Source: Marsupella aquatica (Eukaryota > Plantae > Marchantiophyta). From it: a stretch of 64,000 nt of DNA. The notes under the pieces are model-generated. The model did not search any database and was not told where the DNA came from. It saw only the letters and a list, made by a program, of their open reading frames with translations. This document shows positions 51,860-64,000 of the stretch, piece after piece; the stretch's first letter is position 1; each line of letters begins with the position of its first letter. Location of the stretch: NCBI GenBank assembly GCA_973895155.1, contig OZ316891.1:19307048-19371047 (forward strand). Direction: 5' to 3'. The position numbers and the translations under genes were made by a program.

Positions 51860-52700
51860 TAAAGAATTTGCCTGTTCTATTCATGATTTTTTCGTACGAT
51901 TTTGATGGATTTGTCTTAGTTTTGAACGTCAAATAAAGCCCAAGGCTCAGAGTTCCGAGGACTTGGAATCCTCGAACTAAGTTTCATGTTCCTGAGTTTC
52001 AACTTCTACGAAATATCATCAACAATCGCACTCAATGATCTATCTGTATTGCTCCAGACATCACAGATTTCCACAAACTATTAGAATCATCGCAGAGCAT
52101 TTCGGATCCAAGGAATAGATCCTCGATGCCGGCCACCGGAGGTTGAATTATGTCCACTTCCATTGACAACAGTTATCACTGCGGATGGATAATTCTGTCG
52201 ACTGGAGTGGTCAATGGCGGGCTTGCGGACGATCAGGAAGAATGAAGTCACTCCCTGTGACTGTGACTGTGACTGTGCTGTGAAGGTTTCTCCATCCCCA
52301 ACATTGATCAGGACTCGTTTCGAAAGCACCTACGGATGATAATAAGTCATTACAGGAGATACCATGAAATCAGACGTCGTATTTAGTAAGGGTCGATGTA
52401 TTTTGTTGAATGAGAATAGGCGAGTCGGTTGAATGCCTCGGGATTGGGCCCAATTAACATTCAGGTCAGGTTTGCTAGATCGACACTTCTGACTCGAAAT
52501 TAGCTCCCGAAGTGGTTCCGATCTAGCTGATCGACTCTTCTCGTTGGCGTAGACTCTCCCCGCCAATCACCCTCGGAACGGCCAAGGTTATCTACACTAA
52601 GTTAGTAATGGAGCCGAGCTTCGGTACTGTCCGAGGAAACTAAGGATGTCAAGTGTCCACCAGCATGTGGACTCGAAGTTTGATCCATACCCGGATCCAC

Positions 52701-52934
52701 GGAATAACGAGTAATTCAGCAGGATACAGGTATCCTAGCATCTCGATGTCTGATCCCTACAATAACGAGCGACTAATTCAGCAGGATACAGAAATCCTAG
52801 CATCTCGATGTCTGATCCATAGAATAACGAGCAATTTATTCAGCAGGATACAGGTATCCTAGCATCTCGATGTCTGATCCATAGAATAACGAGCAATCAG
52901 TTCAGCAGGATACATTTATTCTAGCATCTCGATG
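52701..52934. repeat. Tandem repeat, ~60-63-bp unit, 4 copies
   Basis: aataacgag...ttcagcaggataca....tcctagcatctcgatgtctgatcc repeated. Confidence 0.9.
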
Positions 52935-53159
52935 CGCCGCACCGTTAATAACAGCGGACGAGAGCGAAGTTCTCGAACGTTCCTTTTGTCGACAACGAAG
53001 ATCTCATCATGATGTTGGCAGTCAGAAGGTCCGGACATTTTGTACTAGAATGTATCATGAATGTATTCACTTGATTTGTGCAGAGTTGAGGTTTCCATTC
53101 CTTAATTTCTAAACACGTCTTCAGTCCAAGTTTTTGTTGAAGAAATCATACTAGTAATG

Positions 53160-53590
53160 GGCAATCAAAAGCTATTCCCTGTTCATTACAAGCTTTAGTC
53201 GAATAATTTACCTAATCAAGCATTCCAAGATTTAGTTGAATACTCTAACCAATTCCAAGATTTAGTTGAATACTCTAACCAATAAAGCGCCATCAAAAGC
53301 TATTAAGATATTCCAAGATTTAGTTGAATACTCTAGCTAATAAAGAGCAATCAAAAGCTACTAAGTTACTCCCTGTTCATTCCAGGACTTAGTTGAATAA
53401 TCTAGCTCATAAAGGAAGATTTAGTTGAATCATCCAACTCAAAGCTACTAAGCTATTCCAAGATTTAGTTGAATACTCTAGCCAATCAAGAGCAATCAAA
53501 ATCTACTAAATTACTCCCTGTTCATTCCAGGACTTGGTCGAAATCTGACTCATAAAGCAAGATTGAGTTGAATAATCTAACTTATAAGGC
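53160..53590. repeat. Complex minisatellite
   Basis: Recurring ttccaagatttagttgaatactcta and caatcaaaagcta blocks. Confidence 0.85.
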
Positions 53591-54374
53591 CCAATCAATC
53601 CCTGGTTTAGGGATGGGGGCAAACATGACCACGAAAATAGCATGGAATCCTTTTTTCTCCTCATCTCTATGTTGTTTTTCTCCTCCACTCTATTTACTAA
53701 ATATCAGGCTAGTCACAGTAATTGGAGGAATGCATCAGCCTTACAAAACATCACACAAACAGATGATCGTACTATTTCATTCATTCTCAGGGTATCGCTT
53801 CTAAAATCTCTCGTATCATATGCTGAGGTCAAATTATGACAAAGAATAATGCAAAGAATGTGTATGGGAGCAAGGACTCAAAAATTCAAGAATATCACAA
53901 AAAAGTCATTATGTGACTACTTTCTGTACCACTAATTTTTTAGTTGATAAGGGTATCTAGAAATAGTACAAGCCGTCATAGGTGATTGAGTGTGCATTGA
54001 AATAGTGAGACCCCCGAATCTTCATTGCTCTCGAGGGACAAAGGAAAAGCCGGGTACTGTCCTTTCGCAAATGGAAGTCTCTCGAAGCAATACCACATAT
54101 CGACACAAGTGATCTAGATTCAAACGCTTGTAAGTAACCACTTTGTAGGTACAATTGGACTCATCAACTGGCTATTGACGTTCCAAATATCGGTGTACAT
54201 GATAGCACTTCCATTACGCTGGTGCATATGAATGCTTTTGTTAAAAGAAACGCACCTAGTTCTTGGTCAATTACAAAGCACATTACCACATTTACAGACT
54301 ACAGCGTTGAACTTCAACTCAAGTCCAAGAATGAAGTTTACATATTATATCTACAATCCAAATAGTCGAGAATC

Positions 54375-57300
54375 TTAGCCAAAGTTTGTGAGCACCTTGC
54401 TAGTGACATGCTCACCGTAATCGACAGCATCATATAATGACTTTCCCCCTGTTCTTACTATACACGTCTCCAACGGTTCAACCACAGCTTCAAAATTGGG
54501 CTGCAATGAAAAGACGAGAGTGACGTCCATCATCAATTCCAAGTTTAGGTCCATTCATTCAAAACATATGGCCAAGTAAAGGGCTCACCACAAGCACGAA
54601 GCGAAATGTCACCATGGATGAAATACACAACACTAAAGAGATTGTCCACTCATTAATATGCAGATTGAGCCACGGACCAAAAAGAAATGTCTTCTAGATA
54701 CAAAGATCTTCTGCAATATGTATAACACACAGAATGGAAGTAAAAAGTTTTAGTGAGCTCCTCTCTTGGCAATCTTCTCCATGCGAAATCATACCTCGTA
54801 GAAGAAGGGTACAGAAACTCTGTACTTGGACTCATTGTTAAGCACTCGATGGATCGTAGGTTGGTAAATTCCATTGCTCCAAATCTGGGGACATCATAGA
54901 TTAGAACTGTACTAGACTCGCCAGCTGTGGCTCTCGGTGAATGGAACTCCTGACGTGGGAACTGATCGATATCTCTTTTGAAACTCTTCCCATCTATTTG
55001 TTGACAAAAATATATAGATAGAAGCTAGAGCGAGAATATCTCACAATCCACATTTGCGAAGTTCTGTATTTGATACTTGAGTAACTCCCAGGTTAAAGCG
55101 AGCGAAAAGTTCGACTCACGAGCACCATCTTCGTTATAAACCATACGACTGACGAGTTGAATGGGAAAAGAAAGTCCGCCAACTTCCCTTCTTTAGAATT
55201 ACGAGTTGAAGACCCTAACCATCTATTGTTACTGCCACATGACTCCGCGTTGATGACTAATACAGAGTTTGGAGTAAGAACGTTGTGCAAAAATATTACC
55301 TTCAACATGTCACCAATATTGACCACAAACGTTCCTGGAATGGGGTCGGCCCAAATCCATTCTCCTGCCTGATTCTTCACCTGCATACAAGAGGCAGCAT
55401 GCTTTCCTTTCTTGGTTTCTGGCCTTTGAACATCATGAGCAGACTTCTATTGAACGTGCATTGGAAAACAAGTGAAAATCATGAGCAGACTTCTCTGGAA
55501 TATTGGAAAACTAGTGAAAATCACTGGAAGTTTGACATCTTGTTCGTCTAAATTATACGTGATGAGAACCTGGAGGGCCTTGACGTTGTCATCTTGGTTG
55601 ACAAGAGTGAGTAAACCTACATGCACGAAAAACCTCATATTGTTAACATCGCCCATGTGACTTAATCAACCACAACATTCATGGACTGCAGATCCAGTCC
55701 TGCGAACTACCCACTTTCGTGTACTCATGTAGGAATCCAAAAATTTAAAACTAAGAGTACATTTTATGACTGATCGCTCAATTATGGTAACCACGGGTCA
55801 ATTCTCAATTCGTGGGCGCTTCTTGCCGCCAATGAGCTCCCTACCTAGAAAAACAATTAGAGCCGTGAACTCCCTAAAATCATATTCCCGTTGGATAATG
55901 TCCGCCTGTTTCACCATCTTGAATTCAGCTCACTTCATAAATCCTTTACATAAAAATATTGGCCAGAGGGCTACCATACACGACAAAAATAATGTAATTT
56001 GTTGAAAGCGACAAAGTTGCCTTAACATTTCCACAAGGAATGGTGACATACCATAGTCTGTATGCTCTCCACTGCACAAAGATTGATTGTCCACACCAGA
56101 TACACAACAAAACAGAGAATAACTTTAAGTACGGCTTTACATACAAGTATGAAAAAGTATGGCAGTTCAAAGGGTTTAATTCAGAAGAAAGTAGTAAATG
56201 GAGAAAATTAATGGTCGCGGTTTAGCTCACCACCCAACGTCTTCAAGTCTTTGGTCGGGAATCGGTGGATAGCCAATCATACGTAATATCCAGAAAGGGT
56301 CACCTGCTCGTGTTCCTTCGAACATTCCAGTAGATCCATTCAAAGCTAATCCTACTCCTCGCATTATAACTTTCCCCAGATCTGCATAAAATGGATGGAA
56401 TATGTCAAATGTGACATGATAAACTACATCAACATAGACGTGTTACAGAACACCATTTTGGTTGTCTTGTAATGGCAAACATAAAGAAGTCCGCGGACGT
56501 GGTGGTATTGACACTTCATCTATTCTTCTTGGAGGCTATCCAGTGGATACACTCATCAGGGAAGCATATGCCCTCGCATAAACCAAGGACCACAACTGGT
56601 TACCTTGCATCGCCTGAAGATATTCCTGCAGAAGTGGTTGAAATCGGAGTGGTTTATCTGGCCTGCAGGCGTGTACATAACCAACTCCGAAAGGTATGAT
56701 TTCGACTCAAGTAGAAACCAATGAATCTTTTGGGTCGAGACACTTTTAAAAAAGTAGAAGTTATTCCAAGACCACACAAAATACCATATAAAAACTAGGA
56801 AAGGAGAACTTAAGGGGTTGCAAAAAGTGATCAGCTGATCAAACTAACCCTTTAGAGAAGTTCGGATTAAAACAATTCATCATCTAAGCTATTAAAGTGT
56901 GTAAATTCAGAACTTGGCAAAGAAAAACTGGCACACTGCTGCAGAAGAGCCAGCAAACAGATATTTCACCATCTCCAGAGTGTCTAGGGCATTATCTATG
57001 TACCCACCATTTATTTTGGCCCAATAAGGGGTGTCCAGACATTGATGCAGGGAATCTGCCATTCCAGTCTCTGAAGTACTGTAAATACCAATTATCCCAA
57101 CAAGCCAGTTCAAGGGGTCAGGATTGAAGAATGGCACTTTCTCAAGTTCTGACGAATTACAGTACTACATGCTCGTTCAAACCTTGTATAGTCACGTGAT
57201 TGAAGAGTTTATACAGATATGGGAGCTCACGTCAATAGCTTCATGCAGGTCTGGGATGCCTTTTGTGATATTTTCTCCCAATTTCTGGTATCCTCTGCCT

Positions 57301-59170
57301 TCACCGAATACCACATCACTTTCAGGATTCCCAAACTCATTAGAGTCCTCGTCCCACAGTTCTAAGGGCTAAAGCTCGCAAATTACTTGGCTTTCACTTC
57401 TAGATTCATTGGCACGCTCTGGTGCACTTCTCAGCCACACCGAGATGCATTAAAATGTCAACATCTACCACTGAGTGCAATAATCATGTTAGGAACCACA
57501 GAAAAAGCAGGAAGAACTTGAAGTCAGGAGACAGCAAACCTGTATCCAGAAGTGCTGTTCATACTTATTCGGAGCTTCTCTTCTCTAGATAACTTGAAAA
57601 ATTCACGTCCAACTTCCCGAACACCATCAAGTAAGTCGGCCGACACACCATGCCCTTTCTGCAAGAAGACTTGTGTGAGTACCAAACAATAGTTGTTGAT
57701 GTATCTTATCTGGGCCCGCTGACTTCAATGCAACAAACAAGCATAAAATACATGTAGCTGATTTGAAATCAAACTCTCTATCTGTAGCTCCTGTTGTCAG
57801 TTAACTCGAGAAAAACGACGCCAGCTCTTTACTCAAGATGAAAGATGTCTTCCCTTCTGACATTCTGAAAGTCTTTTAAATGAGAATCTGAGCAGACGAC
57901 TGCAAACATTGCTTAACAGAAACGGCGAGTATCTTTCGAACTGTGAAAGGTTCGTACCACGTAGAAAAACCCAACATTCCTGCACGCATCATCGATCTCC
58001 TTCACAACATGCAAAACTTTGGGATTGCCTACATCGTGTGCAACGTCAAGCCTCGTTGTTACAAGAGGCTCTATATCTGTTACACAACCCAGTTCCCAGC
58101 ATACAATTAGTCACAGCAATAAATCTCGTCTGATCGCTATTAAATTAACCTATTCTCTCGACTTTGACTATCTTGATTCTGCAATTCTGTAAGCTAGACA
58201 TCTTTTCATAAGAGAAGGCCAGGCATGAAAATTGATACAGCGCAGGAGTGACACCGTTTAAAACTTAACGCACAGAAAGGATATGGACGAATAATGCGTT
58301 GCTTTAAGAGACAAGCTGGCCATGACAGACAGTTCAAGAGGCAAATAACTGAAATGTAGTGAGAAACTACAATTGAGAGAACAGAACCAGAAAAAGAGGC
58401 ATAGAGCTTGAATTGATTACAAATGACAATAAAACCTTGAATAGAATTTAGTTGAGCCGTGGTACAAGATTGTAACAAAACTAATAGACAGATGTCACCG
58501 GGACTGCACCAAGTCTACAGAATCAAAGAATCGAATTGAATACCATGGTGTCACACACACCCCGAGGCAAATTACCAGAGGAGAGAAGAAGCAACAAGCC
58601 AATTGAGTACAAACAGCAAGGAGAAACAAGAATAAACAAGAATTAAGGCTCAATTAGACCGAAAATTAAACTAGAAACTAACTTCGTGCTTAATCAGCTA
58701 CACTATCATGTTCTGACCAATTGGTCCTCACAAACAACAAGTTCCCCAAAAGACAAAGTGAGAAGACAAATGACTGCATTGCACAGTCAACGATTCCCAA
58801 ACCGAAGGGTCTACGGGAGAACGGACATGGGGACAGAGGACGTGAGCGGGGAACACACACGAGTCTCAACAGAGATGGGTGTAACTCCAACAGTTCGAAT
58901 TGTGGAAAAGAGAGATGTCTTCCAAGAGCAAAGAGAGAGCGAGAGCGAGAGATCTGTCACGGAAACGAGAAGCACATGTGCGTCACTGGGCTTTAAGAGA
59001 CAGCAAACAAACGAAATCTCCAGAGAACTCTCATTCGAGCTCTCACCGATTATAGGAATTGACGTAAAGCTTGCAGCTCCTCCTACTATTCTACTCTGGT
59101 GTTGAAGGAGGGATCGAGCAGGAGCAGCCAAGGCACTACTGTTAGTCGAAAAACTTCGGAGAGCCATCAT
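54375..59170 (-). CDS. 2-oxoglutarate/Fe(II)-dependent dioxygenase (DIOX_N + 2OG-FeII_Oxy, IPNS-like), about 12 exons, possible transit peptide
   Basis: Exon chain: FTSIPIID / [13 protein letters not shown] / KGHGV..REFF.L..EEK / [20 protein letters not shown] / G.NKWP / [12 protein letters not shown] / CGEHTDYG / LLTLVNQD...ALQ / [23 protein letters not shown] / IWSNG.Y..T.HRV...RVSVPFFYE / PNF.A.VEP...YGEH...KVLTNF. Has the HxD...H and RxS motifs. Confidence 0.92.
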
Positions 59171-60625
59171 CGGTTCCAATTTGCAGAAGCAACCATATAC
59201 TTTTATCAATTGTCAGTTGAGCACGATGTTTGGATATCAATTCCTGACTTCCTCCTCCTCTGATTATTGTCTGACCCACAATTCTACTCAAATGTGAAAT
59301 CAGCCAGTGATGGTAGAGTAGGACGCCTAAACAGGAGAGCTCTAAGCTGTTAATCTAGTCCGGCCTGGAGTATTGTACTCTACTAAACTCTTCCCAAACA
59401 CCCATCCGCCCTTCTCCTCCCCCACCCCACCAATTCTTTCTTTTTCAATATGGTGAATTCCATCGTCTTATGCGCTCATACAACTCAGGCCCTAGAAATT
59501 AAGGTGAATTTTATTCTTTCTAGTGATTATGTTCCTTTGTACTTTCAGGGATTCTGGGAGCATAATGCTCCGATCAATAATCACCTCTTTAGAAAGATTC
59601 TCCTTTACTTTTATCCATCTTTAGAACTATTCTACTCTACTTTTACTAAAGTTCAAAAATTGAATTATTCTACTCTACTTTAACTAAAGTTCAAAAAATA
59701 AAAATCTAGGTGACCTTTAATGTAATATGTTTGTGGAGCTATAACCGGCAATGAATTGAATAAACTTATTCTATTTTACATTTTTTGAAAAGCTTGAACA
59801 CATATAAAAATAAATCCTTATTTTTATTTACAAAAAAATTACAAACAAAACAAACCACTTCCTCTTATGGCCTCTGTCACCCATCTTGCGTTCCTTTGCT
59901 CTAACTTTCGCCCTCCTTACCAACAATAATGATCAAAATTATTATAAAAGAAATGTATTATCTACATTTTTTCTTTCCTTGCATTTCATTAAATTTCCCT
60001 TGCATTTGTTTGTTTTGCCTTGAAGTTGTTGTCTTGTCTTGACATTGTTATCACCCCCACATGTTTCCCTCATCTGGGCATCTAATTTCAATTCATTGTC
60101 ACTTTGAAGGAAGTGTAGCTTACCTACTCCTCTAGCAGATTTTCAAAACTAAAACATATTTTGAATATATAGATCAATCAACTTTTATAATTAAACCCAA
60201 ATTTTGAAAAAATGTGATCCATGGAGTTTAGGGTTTAAAAAACCAGCATAGTGGTCCATGGGAACATCATTTTCCCAAAAAATGGTTAATTTATTCACTT
60301 CAAATCCGTGAATTCAGTTTGCAATACGGTATCGAGCACAGCTATACAGTACAGGTAGTACAGTACAGTATCACGGATTTGAAGCAGTGGGTGACGACTT
60401 CATATGTGCCGTATAGTAGTGTGTCACCGGCTCATTGACAGATTGATTGCTTGTCCTTTGGAGAATTGGAGCAGCGGCGGATCGCAGCTGCATTCACAGC
60501 AAGCTGCACGAACAGAGACAGATAGATTTGGTGCATGCAAGGGCCCCGCCTCGCCTTCGCTTTGGTATGGGTTGATAGCTCGCGCCAATGCCTCTTCTTC
60601 GCACGCCAAGCCAGGGCAGGTGAAT

Positions 60626-60741
60626 TGTCCAGACCACAGAGGCTCGATTGAAAAGGCTTTGACGATCTTCTGGTCGAATTGCGTGTCCAGACCACAGAGG
60701 CTCGATTGGAAAGGCTTTGACGATCTTCTGGTCGAATTGCG
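60626..60741. repeat. Near-perfect tandem duplication, 58-bp unit
   Basis: tgtccagaccacagaggctcgattg(a/g)aaaggctttgacgatcttctggtcgaattgcg occurs twice. Confidence 0.9.
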
Positions 60742-61441
60742 GGCTATTCAGTTTAGTGTGACCTTCCAGCTCTTTCTTTCTCTAGCATTTTCAGTGCTGA
60801 TTTCGAGGACGAAGCCAAATTCGGGGGTAGGTTGTGAATGAACTGACGGATGAATGGGAAATGCTGATATCCTCTCCCGTACAGATGTGTCAGCTGACGT
60901 ACCGAAATCTGTGGAGTTACGGCTACGCAGTGACTGATAATTCGATGGGTTATGGGTTCTCTCTTCTGAAACAGATTTTGCTCATTGTTTAGCTCGAACA
61001 ATCAATCAGACGTTGGTACACTGAAATTTTGAGAGGTGCGGTTTGCCGGAGAGTGAAGCTGGTGTAGACACCTCTCAATTCGCTACTTGTTGGAGTGTAG
61101 TTTTAGGATTGGTTGGCGAAGGCATATGGCTGAATTCCTACCGAGCGGTGGGAACATTTTGTGAAATTGAAGGCCACTTAATTAAGGCCGTTATCCTTGA
61201 TTGAGATATCAGATTGTGGTTTTTGGTTTGTGTGCTTGTTTGTTGAGATAGAGAATCATTGGGATGGATTTCTTATTATCAAATCTATATTCGTTTGGCA
61301 TTTTTTGTTCCGGTTGCTTATTGGAAGCGGGATTTCCAATCTGCTCACCTTGGAAGCAGGATTGCTCATAAATGCAGCTGTTTGGCCAGGTTTTCGACTG
61401 CTTGTATCCCGTGGTGGAGCAGTGGCAGAAGCTGCCTCGAA

Positions 61442-64000
61442 ATGCAACGCTGTATGGTAGCCTCTGTACTGCGGGCTCCCTGGAGAAGCCTCGGCAGCAG
61501 GTAAGGGTGTTTGGTCGCATTTGAAGAGTCGAAACGCTATACCAACCGCGCAATGTATTTCTTTGAGTACGCCATGTTTGCTATTGTTTGTCGTCTAATA
61601 GTCATGCCATGCTCTGTTTTCTTGTGGCCCTTCAATTGTCTAGATATTTTCCGTCAGTTCACGAAATCGTTCGAATCGCATTGGATGAATCGAGTAACTT
61701 CAGCCTTCATTCGACAGTGTGGGTTTGCGTTGATCATTGAGTTCTCATGTTCGGTTTGGAGGTGTATTCTTAGCAGGCGCTACTCGACCCTTCTTGCAAA
61801 CAGCTCCTCGGGCCCTGCGTTCGCTACTGTAGAGCCTCAAGGAATTTCGCCGCAACAACTCGCTCAAGTTTATAATCTCGGTAAGCTTGGATTCTGTGGG
61901 ACAATCCATTACTGTATAAAGAACAGTTAGTAAAACATCGTAAGGGTGCCCCTTAGTGCTGGCATGTTCAGTTTGTTAATCCAACCCTCCCCGATCTCTG
62001 GACACTGTACTTGTCCTCTCGACGTTGCAGCAAAGAAAACTGTTTGCCGAAAGTCGACAATAGAGGCAATAAATTATTGTGCTACGTGAGAGGAGGAGTC
62101 TGATTAGATGGAAAAAGATAATGCTAGTAGTAATCTATGACCTGATATGCAAGGTAGAGGATGGCAACCTGAATGGTTGCTTGACGACTTCTTTTGAAGA
62201 GGCTGAATTATAATTACTGCATGTCCTGTTGAAGCAGTGGATGGAGAGTGGACGGGGTCGGCTGAGTGGGAAGAATTTCTAGACCCACTGAATGGAGAGG
62301 GGTTCATGAAAGTGCCAAACACTTCAAAATCTGAAGTAAAGGTATGTAATCCTCTCGCCGTCGTCAAATTCCTGGATTGCAGACAATTTCGTGATTTGTC
62401 CTTCTCCAGTTTTTGATACTGAGACTAGGGTCTCAAGTCTGGATTTTCAGGCCTTTTGAATGGCCATAAGGTAGACATACGTGGTTCTGTCTGGATGATC
62501 TTCACATGTGGGGTCAGTCTTGACTGATGATAGTCTTTGAGTCCTGAGACATGTTCTCACTGAAATGCATATATGGATTAAATCGGCGCTCTATAGCTAT
62601 GAAGCTTACCAAAACTTCAATATTTGCTTGCAGCCATTTATTGAGAGCTTGCGATCCTGTCCTAAATCAGGTCTGCATAATCCGCTCAAAAATCCTGAAA
62701 GGTGCGTTCGAGTTTATTCAACAGAGCCTAGTAAGGTTTGTGCTCGTGTAAGCGTAATCCAGGAGTTTTTCTTGTAACTTGCTCATTGCTGTGTAAAGTA
62801 ATTGCTGATCCTGTGGTGCAGATATCTTTTGTATGGAGATGTCTCTGCCAAGGTGGCATACTCGTTGAGTCAACCAGAGGTTTGTGGATCTCGGCCGTAC
62901 AATGAAGTTGGACTAAAACTTGTTAATGTGATTAGAGTATGTTGACCACTCTGCACGTTGGTTAAGAACAGAAATGGAATGGTTTGAAAACTTGAATCCA
63001 TTATAGGTTTAGGGATTAAATAAGGTCTCAAGGGAGACCATTATTTTACTTGCACTTAGCTGCAAGTAAAGCTAGATAGGTGATTTCTCGAAAGGTTTTC
63101 TAAATAGTTTGCCTGAACGTACGAATCAGACCGCAGATTTCTTCACAAAGCTTATTCAGCGAGTGTCGCCTAAGAGCTATTCCCAAGCATCAGGAGAAGT
63201 GACTGTGACGCAGAAGTTTTTCGAAAACTTCTCCGGGGATCAGGTACGGCAAGCGGGACTATTTTGACTATATCCAGTCAAGTTGTGTAGCGAAGCAGCA
63301 GCAGTATGTCTGTAAATGCTGATTGTAACACTTAGCTTAAATCTGGATTGCTGACAACTTGGTTTGCGATGGTGGAATGTTTGGCCACGTTTGACCCCTT
63401 CTGATTCGCCGAGTATGCTCAGCAAGATTTGATTGAGAGAGATACAATCTTTTGACAATTCGGACACTCATTTGAATCCTCAACGTGTAGGTCCGCTTCT
63501 TGGCCCGATCTTTTGTGATTCCCGGGAATCACTTAGGACAGCAAAGTACTGGACTTCGATGGCCTTATGGACCTGTATGTAATCGATACACCATTTTATT
63601 CTCCGTCTTTCGCGGCCTATTTTCTACGTTTAAGCCTTGGCAATTGTTCGGTGAAGCTATAGGAGTTTGTCGAGCTTGAAATGAGAATAAAACGAAGTTG
63701 ATATATTGGTAATATGCAGGTGGCAATAATAACTCCTTTCAACTTTCCTTTGGAGATACCTGCCTTGCAGCTGATGGGGGCTCTTTATATGGGAAATAAG
63801 CCATTACTAAAGGTTGACAGTAAGGTTAGTCTTCACTCGAAGTGACCCTTACGTCTAAGAGCCGGGGTGTTTGCGTCGCGTGTGTCAAACATGACACCAA
63901 AGCGTTGATATATGGAGTGGGCTTTGAGTTTTGTATCAGAAGCTGAAATTCTTAATGGATGTTTCCGAGAGAGAATGTCGTCAGTTTAATCATTTGCATC
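61442..64000 (+). CDS. P5CDH: Delta-1-pyrroline-5-carboxylate dehydrogenase (ALDH12A1), mitochondrial; 5' part, continues beyond the window
   Basis: Exons: MQRCMVASVLRAPWRSLGSR (transit-like, 61442-61500); FATVEP...; VDGEW...LDPLNGE.F..VP; PFIESL..CPKSGLHNPLKNPER; YLLYGDVSAK; DFF.KLIQRVSPKSY.QA.GEV.VT.KF.ENFSGDQ; VRFLARSF..PGNHLGQQS.G.RWPYGP; VAIITPFNFPLEIP.LQLMGALYMGNKP.LKVDSK (to ~63824). Confidence 0.95.

Noticed and set aside
52701-53590. CRISPR-like appearance of regularly spaced repeats
   Set aside because: The units are contiguous or separated by related sequence rather than unique spacers. The context is eukaryotic and there are no cas genes.
60226-60237. tttaggg telomere-like motifs (also near 13446, 22920 and 63007)
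   Set aside because: These are isolated single copies, not an interstitial telomeric array.

Overview
Eukaryotic land-plant nuclear DNA with spliceosomal introns and plant gene families. A non-seed plant such as a liverwort is an impression only. The window holds six recognisable host genes: a steroid 5-alpha-reductase-family gene, an intronless NAR1, SPIRAL1-like, an ATL RING-H2 E3 ligase, a multi-exon 2OG-Fe(II) dioxygenase and the 5' part of P5CDH/ALDH12A1. These sit among MITEs, foldback elements and minisatellites. Two mobile elements stand out. (1) A 6.35-kb PIF/Harbinger-superfamily (PHIS) transposon at 4482-10831 has perfect 16-bp TIRs and an AAT target duplication. Besides the usual DDE transposase and Myb/SANT-like gene, it carries an intact RPA1-C-like zinc-ribbon OB-fold ORF and a decayed Cys-rich/coiled-coil gene. 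(2) A decayed, intron-containing Crypton-type tyrosine-recombinase element at about 44603-47933 is bounded by short inverted repeats; to my knowledge this class is not usually described from land plants. A 5'-truncated CRE-like (restriction-like endonuclease) non-LTR retrotransposon is also present. All family assignments come from motif recognition by eye; no database search was run.
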